DNA from: Candidatus Yonathbacteria bacterium RIFCSPLOWO2_01_FULL_43_27
GTDB lineage: Bacteria; Patescibacteriota; Minisyncoccia; Phycocordibacterales; UBA1550
Assembly (NCBI GenBank): GCA_001823545.1
Contig: MHUV01000001.1
Location: 37,849-100,128, forward strand
Direction: 5' to 3'
DNA length: 62,280 nucleotides
In this document: positions 17,120 to 24,853 of the stretch, one piece after another
Numbering within the stretch: the first letter of the stretch is position 1
Layout: every line of letters starts with the position of its first letter
Translations under genes and position numbers: made by a program
Notes under the pieces: model-generated
What the model was told of the DNA's origin: nothing
Databases searched by the model: none
The model's input: only the letters and a program-made list of their open reading frames with translations

Positions 17120-17572
17120 TTATTTTTTAAATACAAAATCGGGCGGTACATTAAACGCTTTTCCATTGTAAGGAATAAAGACGGTTTCTCCTCCCTTCGT
17201 GTACGCTACACGCGTACTCTCGGGAAGAAGAAACGTTCTCTCTCCTACCTGCTCGATTCCATACCCCTTGAGAGGATATGCGTTAAGAATGTCTACTTTC
17301 TCCTTGTTCTCATTAAGATCAACCGCGTAAACTAACGTCTTCCCATTGTGTGGAAATGGCATAATGGCCACTATTTCATAGTAGTGCCCACAACCTACGA
17401 TCATCAGTGATTTTTTTTCTGTATTAGCCACTTGAAACAGCGTCATAATAAACAGAAAGATACCCAGAAAGCCCAGCACAACGGTCTTAAAGATGCGCCT
17501 TTTCACAAAAAAGTACGTAGCTGATCCAAAGACCCCAAAAAACAAAACTGAAAAGATGACAATTCCCCGCAT
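17120..17572 (-). CDS. two-TM protein, tandem paralog family member 3
   Basis: KTLVYAVDLNENKEKVDILNAYPLKGYGIEQVGERTFLLP. Confidence 0.7.
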   Translation of the reverse strand: MRGIVIFSVLFFGVFGSATYFFVKRRIFKTVVLGFLGIFLFIMTLFQVANTEKKSLMIVGCGHYYEIVAIMPFPHNGKTLVYAVDLNENKEKVDILNAYPLKGYGIEQVGERTFLLPESTRVAYTKGGETVFIPYNGKAFNVPPDFVFKK

Positions 17573-17612
17573 ACCGTACCTCCCTCTTTATGTTTTAGCT
17601 CAAATCTAATTA

Positions 17613-17641
17613 AAGTAGACCATATTCGACACATATTATCA
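17613..17641 (-). promoter_or_regulatory. promoter TTGATA-17-TCTACT (cassette 3)
   Basis: tatcaa at 17636-17641, agtaga at 17613-17618. Confidence 0.6.
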
Positions 17642-17692
17642 ACATTTTAAAAATGCCTTGTTTTACCAAGGACTCTCCTTGGATAAGAAATA

Positions 17693-17726
17693 AGAAAAAA
17701 GGGTCGAGCGTGAAGCTCGACCCTTT
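17693..17726 (-). terminator. intrinsic terminator of cassette 4 (stem sequence changed, pairing kept)
   Basis: gggtcgagc-gtga-agctcgaccc plus T-run. Confidence 0.75.
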
Positions 17727-17746
17727 GAGTGTACTTTTGGCTATTC

Positions 17747-18196
17747 CTACATCTCGTCGTCGATGATTAGTGCATTCATTCCCGGTGAGACGATTATCAC
17801 CTTCCCTTCCTTGGTTTCCCCGACCTGTGCGTACTCGGGAATAAGGAGCAATATCTTTTCAGTTTGTTCGAAAACATACCCTTTTGGAGGGTATTTTTGC
17901 AACACCCCTGTCTTTATCTTTCCTCCGTCCGTGTAGTCAATGACCTGGGTCAACCTTCCACCAGTTAAAGCAGGGGTAGAAGTGAGGACACCGTAATAGC
18001 TACCGTCGGCTTTAATCTCTGCCGACTTAACCCCAGATTCAAAGGCATAGAAGATCGAGGCGCTCATTATAATGATACTCAAAATACTCATAAGTATCGC
18101 CGAACCTTTACCCTCCTTCTTTCGAATGAAAGGTACCATCAATGCCCCTCCCCACGAAATAGCAGCCATTGCATAAAAATACCAAAGTATTTCCAT
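17747..18196 (-). CDS. two-TM protein, tandem paralog family member 4 (most divergent)
   Basis: GRLTQVIDYTDGGKIKTGVLQKYPPKGYVFEQTEKILLLIP aligns with the family motif. Confidence 0.65.
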   Translation of the reverse strand: MEILWYFYAMAAISWGGALMVPFIRKKEGKGSAILMSILSIIIMSASIFYAFESGVKSAEIKADGSYYGVLTSTPALTGGRLTQVIDYTDGGKIKTGVLQKYPPKGYVFEQTEKILLLIPEYAQVGETKEGKVIIVSPGMNALIIDDEM

Positions 18197-18242
18197 ATCC
18201 TGCCTCCTTAAAAAGGTTTGTTTTATGTACTAAACTATATAA

Positions 18243-18271
18243 AGTATAGCATTTTTAGTATATTTTGTCAA
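18243..18271 (-). promoter_or_regulatory. promoter TTGACA-17-TATACT (cassette 4)
   Basis: tgtcaa at 18266-18271, agtata at 18243-18248. Confidence 0.75.
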
Positions 18272-18473
18272 TATTTTAAAAAACCCTTGTAGGTATTGCA
18301 TAAAAATGTATAGGGGGTATACTATTAGGCAGGCGGTCAAGGTGTTGTCGAATACCTAAAAGGCTCTGTTTAGTTCCTATCCTAAGGTACCTATCACAAA
18401 TATGTTATCTTGGGCGGGACTTAAGCAGAGACAGACCTTGTTTAATATTAGAAGTTAATCAAATAATTATTAT

Positions 18474-18746
18474 ATGAACAAAGCAGCTATCGTCGATATC
18501 GTTCACGAGAAAATGGGTGGTACGAAAGTCGGCGCAGAACAGACTGTAGACGCAATTCTTGAGTCAATCGTAAAGACACTCAAGGTAGGCGGTGAAGTAT
18601 CAATCGCTGGACTTGGTATTTTTTCAGTAAAGCCTCGCGCAGCACGCACAGCACGTAACCCAAAGACAGGAGAAACCGTTCAGGTTCCTGCAACAAAGGT
18701 TCCAAAGTTCCGCGCAGCAAAGGCACTCAAGGATGCAGTAAAGTAA
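18474..18746 (+). CDS. hup: HU-family DNA-binding protein
   Basis: MNKAAIVDIVHEK...GLGIFSVKPRAARTARNPKTGETVQVPATKVPKFRAAKALKDAV. Confidence 0.95.
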   Translation: MNKAAIVDIVHEKMGGTKVGAEQTVDAILESIVKTLKVGGEVSIAGLGIFSVKPRAARTARNPKTGETVQVPATKVPKFRAAKALKDAVK

Positions 18747-18762
18747 TTTCATAAAGTTACTC

Positions 18763-18798
18763 AACAAAAAAACACCGTGTAAACGGTGTTTTTTTGTT
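18763..18798 (+). terminator. intrinsic terminator after hup
   Basis: aaaaaaacaccgt-gtaa-acggtgttttttt. Confidence 0.85.
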
Positions 18799-18820
18799 TA
18801 CCCTGAGTTTATTGAAGAGT

Positions 18821-19004
18821 GCGGGATGGGAGATCGGTCATGAGTTACATTGTAAGAGGATGGGAGACGCTTCGCTATCGAACTCGTCGCTTCGCTCCTC
18901 TTTAGAAACCCACGGTTTCTAACGTTCGCTTCGCTCACTGTTTTCCTCCACGGGGAACCATAGGTTCCCCGACCCCCTCCTGAGTTCGATTCTCCCATCC
19001 CGTC
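18821..19004 (+). repeat. tRNA-Gly minihelix-mimic element (copy B1), candidate structured RNA
   Basis: 5' GCGGGAT-GGGAG equals the acceptor-5' plus T-stem-5' strands of tRNA-Gly(UCC). 3' GAGTTCGATTCTCCCATCCCG equals the tRNA's T loop, T-stem-3' and acceptor-3' strands. The core is nearly identical to 48473-48617 (reverse complement). Confidence 0.6.
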
Positions 19005-19049
19005 AAAAAATGCACTCTAAAATGTTGCACATTTTCTCGTATTTTTTGT

Positions 19050-19186
19050 GCGGGATGGGATCTCGGTCACGAGTTACTAAGTGTGCTCGGGTGGGTACAC
19101 CCTGCGCGCACTAAGTACTCTCGACCCCGCCTCAGCGACCCGCTTTGCGGGTGCCCGCTTCCGGCTTTCGATTCTCCCATCCCGTC
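19050..19186 (+). repeat. tRNA-Gly minihelix-mimic element (copy B2) with a different GC-rich insert
   Basis: 5' gcgggatggga ... 3' ttcgattctcccatcccgtc. The insert shares ggtcacgagttactaagtgtgctc with 48199-48224 (reverse complement). Confidence 0.55.
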
Positions 19187-19230
19187 AAAAAATGCACTCT
19201 AAAATGTTGCACATTTTCTCGTATTTTTTG

Positions 19231-19301
19231 TGCGGGATGGGAGAATCGAACTCCCCACCTCAGTTTGGAAAACTGATGTTTTACCAATAAACTAATCCCG
19301 C
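19231..19301 (-). tRNA. tRNA-Gly (anticodon UCC), no encoded CCA
   Basis: Minus-strand cloverleaf: GCGGGAT/ATCCCGC acceptor, anticodon arm TCAGT-TTTCCAA-ACTGA, T arm GGGAG-TTCGATT-CTCCC. Confidence 0.85.
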
Positions 19302-19341
19302 ATATGGTGATATGTGACACAGCACCACCCGTAGACCACTT

Positions 19342-20232
19342 CTAGCCAACGACAGAATGTACCTTAGCAACTATTTCATCAAGTGTAAAGTTTGCCTTTA
19401 CCATAAAGTCTTTTGCGCCAAGGGCCATTGCCTTCTCAAGGTCATCTTTTTGTCCTAGATTACTCAAGATAATTACAGGGATATTTGCAATCTTTGGGTT
19501 TGCCTTAATGCGTGTAAGGATCTCAAAACCATCAACGCCAGGGAGAATGAGGTCGAGGAGAATGATATCAGGGGTTCGTTCAGCAAGAACAGCGAATGCA
19601 ATTTCTGCGTCAATCGCATTTTTGACCTCGAAACCTTCACCAGAAAGCTTGCGCACCAGAAGTTCACGAAGGAATTTATCATCTTCTATTACCAAAACAA
19701 AGATCTTCTTCCCCGTGGGTGTAGAAGAAGGTGCAGAACCAACAGATTCTTCCTTTGAGGCTGGCGCTGTTTCTTCTGGAAGAGAAACGGCCCCTGTTGC
19801 GGTAACATTTTGTCTACGCATAATATCATTCCCTTCATTAGACGCTGAGGTATTACCCTCCTCCAGTACACGGCGCACTTTTTCGAGTACCTCGCTAGGA
19901 TCAAACACAGCCTTAATCAAAAAATCACGTGCACCCAACTCGCGCGCGCGAGCTATCTCTACTGGTTGTCCTGAATTTGAAATGATAATCGTCGGAACAC
20001 CCTTAAGTGCTGGGTCCTGACTCATTTCTTCAAGAACTTCAATGCCACCCTTGCGAGGCATCAAAATATCGAGAAGGACACAATCGGGGGTCACTTCTCT
20101 CATTTTTGCGAGCGCAACAATGCCATCTTCAGCGCGATCAACAATGTATCCATTTTTTACCAACTTTCCCGCAAGAACGTCGCGGAGTACGACGTCATCT
20201 TCTGCAATAATAATTCTCTTTTGCCCTGACAT
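19342..20232 (-). CDS. response regulator with two receiver (REC) domains and no output domain
   Basis: Two CheY-like modules (IIIAEDDVVLRD...DCVLLDILMP...K and VLVIEDDKFLRE...DIILLDLILP...K) joined by a Ser/Pro/Thr-rich linker. Confidence 0.85.
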   Translation of the reverse strand: MSGQKRIIIAEDDVVLRDVLAGKLVKNGYIVDRAEDGIVALAKMREVTPDCVLLDILMPRKGGIEVLEEMSQDPALKGVPTIIISNSGQPVEIARARELGARDFLIKAVFDPSEVLEKVRRVLEEGNTSASNEGNDIMRRQNVTATGAVSLPEETAPASKEESVGSAPSSTPTGKKIFVLVIEDDKFLRELLVRKLSGEGFEVKNAIDAEIAFAVLAERTPDIILLDLILPGVDGFEILTRIKANPKIANIPVIILSNLGQKDDLEKAMALGAKDFMVKANFTLDEIVAKVHSVVG

Positions 20233-20440
20233 AATATTGTTTGTATTGTACTACAAAACAGTAAATTTAGTAATACCTAAAAATTTCTTTGTTCTTACCG
20301 CAATTGTATCAGTTTCAAGAATGATAGTAAAACGTATATTAGCAGATCGTATTACGATCATTATAAAAATAGGTATGATATACTATTTGCAGAAGTGCAC
20401 ATACGATATTTAACCGTTAGCCCGACAAAAGGAGGTGCTT

Positions 20441-20605
20441 ATGGTAGGTCTGTGCAAAAAACCCGATTGCGGAGTTTTAAAGGACAACAAGGATGCAAGC
20501 AGAGAAGTTACATCAGAACAATATCTCGAACACTGCCGTAAATGTCCCGAACTTCTCGGCGCAACAAGAAACGGAAAAGATTCCCATACGGCACGTCACC
20601 GATAA
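20441..20605 (+). CDS. 54-aa CxxxxC...CxxC zinc-ribbon-like small protein (below ORF-track cutoff)
   Basis: AAAGGAGGTG SD 5 nt before the ATG. MVGLCKKPDCGVLKDNKDASREVTSEQYLEHCRKCPELLGATRNGKDSHTARHR. Followed by a hairpin terminator. Confidence 0.5.
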   Translation: MVGLCKKPDCGVLKDNKDASREVTSEQYLEHCRKCPELLGATRNGKDSHTARHR

Positions 20606-20640
20606 ATATGAAAGACTGCGAAGAAGCATTGTCTTCACTA

Positions 20641-20670
20641 GCCCCCTCTAACAAAGGGGGCGAATTTTTT
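20641..20670 (+). terminator. intrinsic terminator after the small ORF
   Basis: gccccct-ctaacaa-agggggc followed by gaatttttt. Confidence 0.7.
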
Positions 20671-20708
20671 GTATTGCTTTTCCTACCTATTTTCCTTACT
20701 ATAGTTAT

Positions 20709-22196
20709 ATGAACTATCTTTCTTGCCCGACGGTCGATGACATCTGCGGACTTATGCGCTCCACCTCTGAAGATGACCGTAATCTTATCCAAAAAGCATA
20801 TACCTTTGCTGAGAAAAATCACGAGGGGCAGTTACGTCGTTCAGGTACACCTTATTTTTACCACGTGGCACACACAGGGTATAACCTCGCCAGCATTCAA
20901 ATGGATGCTACGGTTATTGCCGCGGGGATACTCCACGACACAATAGAAGACGCTGCCGTCTCTCCTGAGACTATTGAAAAGGAATTTGGGAAGACTATTC
21001 GTACACTTGTTGAAGGAGTTACTAAATTGGGTACCCTTAAATATCGTGGCGTAGAGCGCCATGTAGAAAGTTTACGCAAATTCTTTGTCGCAATGGCAGA
21101 TGATGTACGGGTACTCATTATCAAACTTGCCGACCGTATGCACAACATACACACGCTTGAATATCTTCCTAAAGACAAACAAGAGCGTATCGCACTCGAA
21201 ACCCTCGAAATCCACGCGCGCCTTGCTGACCGTTTTGGTATGGGGAAATGGAAAAGTATTTTTGAAGACGCCTCATTCCCCTACGCATACCCCGAAGAAC
21301 ACGCGAAAGTTCTCGCTATTATCAAGAAAAAACGTACTGCAGACGAAAAATATGCAGAAAAAATGTTTCGCAGTATTCAGAAAGAACTCGTAGCAAATGG
21401 GTTAACGACCGCGCACGTTGACTATCGCGTAAAAAATCTTTACAGTCTCTGGCGCAAGCTTGCCCGTAAAGACATGGACCCTGATAAAGTATTCGATATT
21501 CTCGCGGTTCGCGTTATTGTAAAATCGGTAGAAGATTGCTATCGCGCACTCGGCATTATTCACAAACACTGGCGTCCTGTCCCCGGAAGAATCAAGGATT
21601 ATATTGCGGTTCCGAAACCAAACGGATACCGTTCGCTTCATACCACGATTTTTCGTGGCGATGGTGGTATTATAGAAATACAAATTCGCACCGATGAAAT
21701 GCACAATGAGGCGCAGTACGGTATCGCCTCACACCTCAGTTACAAAGAAAAGCATACAAAAAAGGAAGATATCGAACGTGCAACCGCATGGCTCAAAGAC
21801 CTCGCACGTTGGCAAAATGAAGTTTCTGGCACTGAAGATTTTCTTGAGAACCTCACGATGGACTTCTTTAACCATCGCGTATTTGTGTTTACACCCAAAG
21901 GCGACGTGATTGACCTCCCTGACGGTTCAACGCCCATAGATTTTGCTTATTCCATTCACTCGAACATTGGCAATCATATTGCTGGGGCAAAAGTGAATAG
22001 CAAACTCGTAACTCTTGAAACCAAACTCAAGAATGGTGATATTGTAGAAATAGATACCAGAGAAAGCGCTACACCAAAACGAAAATGGCTTGATTACACC
22101 AAAACCACACTCGCAAGACGCCATGTTCGTGCCCACCTTGAAAAGACAAATCCTATCGAAGAGGCGGCACGAAAATTCTTTAGTAAGAAGAAATAG
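20709..22196 (+). CDS. rel: RelA/SpoT-family (p)ppGpp synthetase/hydrolase (HD + synthetase + TGS, no ACT)
   Basis: HD motif GILHDTIED, synthetase region YRSLHTTI...EIQIRTDEMH, TGS region VFVFTPKGDVIDLPDGSTPIDFAYSIHSNIGNH. Confidence 0.9.
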   Translation: MNYLSCPTVDDICGLMRSTSEDDRNLIQKAYTFAEKNHEGQLRRSGTPYFYHVAHTGYNLASIQMDATVIAAGILHDTIEDAAVSPETIEKEFGKTIRTLVEGVTKLGTLKYRGVERHVESLRKFFVAMADDVRVLIIKLADRMHNIHTLEYLPKDKQERIALETLEIHARLADRFGMGKWKSIFEDASFPYAYPEEHAKVLAIIKKKRTADEKYAEKMFRSIQKELVANGLTTAHVDYRVKNLYSLWRKLARKDMDPDKVFDILAVRVIVKSVEDCYRALGIIHKHWRPVPGRIKDYIAVPKPNGYRSLHTTIFRGDGGIIEIQIRTDEMHNEAQYGIASHLSYKEKHTKKEDIERATAWLKDLARWQNEVSGTEDFLENLTMDFFNHRVFVFTPKGDVIDLPDGSTPIDFAYSIHSNIGNHIAGAKVNSKLVTLETKLKNGDIVEIDTRESATPKRKWLDYTKTTLARRHVRAHLEKTNPIEEAARKFFSKKK

Positions 22197-22249
22197 CACG
22201 GGGACACTATGCACATGTATATTGTAGAATGATGTGGTACCATTAAACA

Positions 22250-22600
22250 ATGGAACCAAAAAGCACACATCAATCAGGTAACAGGAAGGGGCTCCTAATA
22301 ATCACACTTGTTATGATTATACTTGCCACAGGCGCTTTAGGAGGGTATCTTTTAATACAAAAAAATACACCTACAAAAGAAACTGTGAATACCGCCCAAC
22401 CAATTGATCAAGAAAAGAAAGTTTACACGCAAACAGAAAAAGAAGAAATACTGAATCGAATCACTATTGCTTCGTCTAGCAGTAAAGAAGAGCAGGTAAA
22501 AAAATTGATCCTTTTAAGGGAAATACCTGTAAAGCAATCGACAACCACGCTTTCAAATAATCAAAAATTTCAGTTACTGAATGCTGTTCAGGTAAAATAA
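22250..22600 (+). CDS. hypothetical membrane-anchored protein
   Basis: 116-aa ORF with TM helix LLIITLVMIILATGALGGYLLI. Confidence 0.5.
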   Translation: MEPKSTHQSGNRKGLLIITLVMIILATGALGGYLLIQKNTPTKETVNTAQPIDQEKKVYTQTEKEEILNRITIASSSSKEEQVKKLILLREIPVKQSTTTLSNNQKFQLLNAVQVK

Positions 22601-22621
22601 TAGAGTAATAAATTAAAAAAT

Positions 22622-23440
22622 ATGAAAAACATTATTCAATTAACAAAGATTATAGGTCTCGCAATAGTACTTTCGCTCGGACTTTCTTATGCGTATGCGT
22701 GGACAGCACCGACAGCCATACCTCCAACAGGTAACGCTGATGCTCCTATTAATACAAGCGGAAGTGACCAAACAAAAACTGGGATTCTCCGAGTTACAGA
22801 TTTAGTTACAGGCAAGATTACATTCACCGACGGGAGTTCTGTGACAACTGCACCAACCCCTCACGGGAAGCAACTATTCACTTCGAATGGTACTTTTACG
22901 GTTCCTATGGGAGTAACCAAAGTTTACCTCACTGGTTCAGGTTCTGGTGGCACAGGTGGTTCTGGTGCAAAGGGTACTTCTTGGGGCGGTAGTGTCGGCG
23001 GGATAGGGGCTACAGGTTACGGTATTGGCTCCAATGGTGCTAGAGGTTCAGGATGTGAAGCTTGGCTTGGTGGTATCGGTGGTATCGGACCCGGCTATTC
23101 TTCTGCCAAGCCAGCCGTAAATGCTACTGGTTCTCCTGGTGGTGGTGGAGGAGGTCTTGGACAAAGTGTCTACAATAAGGAAGTCGCTGTAACGGAAGGG
23201 CAATCATATTCAGTTATACTTGGAGCAGGTCTCCCAACATCTTTTGGAACTGTGTTTTCTCTTGCAAAGGGCGGTAATGGTGGAAATGGATCCGGAATGA
23301 CTGGCGGGGTAGCTGGAACAAACGGCGCGCAAGGACTCCCTGTTTTTGGAAGTTCTGGCGGCGGTGGTGGCGGTGGTGGTTGTCTTACTGGTGGCGCTGG
23401 TGGTGCTGGTGCTCCAGGATATCTTCTCGTCGAGTGGTAA
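22622..23440 (+). CDS. secreted glycine-rich-domain protein with AWTxPT..PP.GN leader module
   Basis: TKIIGLAIVLSLGLSYAYAWTAPTAIPPTGNADAPINTSG, then FTSNGTFTVPMGVTKVYLTGSGSGGTGGSG and further Gly runs. Confidence 0.7.
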   Translation: MKNIIQLTKIIGLAIVLSLGLSYAYAWTAPTAIPPTGNADAPINTSGSDQTKTGILRVTDLVTGKITFTDGSSVTTAPTPHGKQLFTSNGTFTVPMGVTKVYLTGSGSGGTGGSGAKGTSWGGSVGGIGATGYGIGSNGARGSGCEAWLGGIGGIGPGYSSAKPAVNATGSPGGGGGGLGQSVYNKEVAVTEGQSYSVILGAGLPTSFGTVFSLAKGGNGGNGSGMTGGVAGTNGAQGLPVFGSSGGGGGGGGCLTGGAGGAGAPGYLLVEW

Positions 23441-23457
23441 AAACTTTAAGATTTCAT

Positions 23458-23496
23458 AAAAACCACGTCTATTCGACTGAATAGACGTGGTTTTTA
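23458..23496 (+). terminator. intrinsic terminator
   Basis: ccacgtctattc-gact-gaatagacgtgg followed by ttttt. Confidence 0.85.
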
Positions 23497-23520
23497 TGTT
23501 TGTGAAGATTTAAATACCTC

Positions 23521-23549
23521 TTGTAGATTTTGCGATAGTAAGGTATAAT
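23521..23549 (+). promoter_or_regulatory. promoter TTGTAG-17-TATAAT
   Basis: ttgtag at 23521-23526, 17-nt spacer, tataat at 23544-23549. Confidence 0.55.
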
Positions 23550-23555
23550 ATATTT

Positions 23556-23767
23556 AGATCGTTTGGTGAATGCAATGCTCCACGTTTGACCTCGTGTGGT
23601 CTGAAACAAAATACGTAGGGCTCTCGCACATCAAGCTTCAATCCTTTCTTTTGAGTGTTCCACACACCAAAGAAAATCTTCGTCGTTCTTACCCCTTCTC
23701 TATACCTCGTGAATACGAGGTACCCATCTTCAAAAGACCCCCTTTCATTTAGGAAGGGGGTCTTTTT
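23556..23767 (+). ncRNA. candidate ~210-nt promoter-to-terminator transcript (ncRNA, or a 60-aa sORF at 23570..23752)
   Basis: Bounded by the promoter above and the terminator aaagaccccctt/aagggggtcttt at 23733-23767. The only ORF lacks a usable SD and has no recognisable sequence features. Confidence 0.3.
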
Positions 23768-24118
23768 CTATTCCTATTCCTGATAATTTGACAGTTGTGG
23801 CGGTTGAACCACTACGTTACTGTTGAATATGATTATATTGAAAAGTTTTCCACAGGTTTTGCTTGCGTACAACAAAGAGGAACGTGTATAATAGCAACAG
23901 ATCAGGATTGATTGAAAAAATAAAGGACACGACCACCTTATGGTCTTATAAAAACGTTTTTTCAAACACTCCCCCAACAGTACCTTGCGCAATATACCGC
24001 GCCACGGACACAATTATTATTTTAGTCCGTTTTATAGATAGTTCTTTCGTTTCTCGTTTCTCTTTTCAAAAAGGCTTCCTCATGGAAGTCCTTTTTTTAT
24101 TTATGTACAACTTATTTT

Positions 24119-24832
24119 TTACGCTAATCGTAAAATAAATCTTTCAAGTGCAATATGCATCGGCTCACCGCCACGATGTGCCTCGTGATAGATAGTCATC
24201 AGTGTGCGTGAAAGTTCCACGATCTCATCCATTGAATATTTTTTTGCAAACGTGCGTGCCTTTTGTGCCACGAAGGGGTTGAGGTCAGCATTATTACCGG
24301 AGGGTGTATTTTTCATAAGCGCCATATTTTTTACAGTCCAAAATAGTGTATTGCAAATTTCCTCAGACTCTAACCCTGCGAGAACGGCTTGCTGATAGCG
24401 TACCCATAGCTCTTTTTTATTTCTCTCACCAAGTGCATCACCTAGAGAAAATATATTGAATGCTGGCCGTTCATCCATTTTTTTTACACTGCAGTCGATC
24501 ATTTCTTTCGCTCCTTGGCGCGCCTCATCAGCAAATTCTTTTATGAGCACTGGTTCAAAAATGAGAAAATGATTTGGCGACTCTGTAAGCAAGGAAACCG
24601 TACGCGCAACAATTTCTTGATCTTCTTTCTTCTCAAGTGCTCCATCAAAAACAAAAACGGATACTTCACCAAAAAGCCCACGGGTAACCGCCTGTCCAGA
24701 AAGTGTTTCTTTTGAGACAGAACCTTCGGGTACCACCACAATATTTTCTCCGTGTGCCGAAAGCGCACCGCGTAGTTTCGTAAACTGTGCGCGTCCTTTT
24801 TGTCGATCGTTTCCGTGGATAATATAAAGCAT
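24119..24832 (-). CDS. holA: DNA polymerase III delta subunit-like protein
   Basis: MLYIIHGNDRQKGRAQF N-terminus and helical C-terminal domain, located just downstream of polA and tsaE on the minus strand. The call rests on family resemblance only. Confidence 0.55.
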   Translation of the reverse strand: MLYIIHGNDRQKGRAQFTKLRGALSAHGENIVVVPEGSVSKETLSGQAVTRGLFGEVSVFVFDGALEKKEDQEIVARTVSLLTESPNHFLIFEPVLIKEFADEARQGAKEMIDCSVKKMDERPAFNIFSLGDALGERNKKELWVRYQQAVLAGLESEEICNTLFWTVKNMALMKNTPSGNNADLNPFVAQKARTFAKKYSMDEIVELSRTLMTIYHEAHRGGEPMHIALERFILRLA

Positions 24833-24853
24833 AATGTTTCTTTGTACTGCGCG

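Noticed and set aside
18985-19242. Possible CRISPR array, because of exact direct repeats with spacers
   Set aside because: There are only two copies of a 76-nt block, and the repeats derive from the tRNA-Gly 3' end. No cas genes are present, and the Cas2-like fold at 9964..10515 is part of a PaaX-type regulator.
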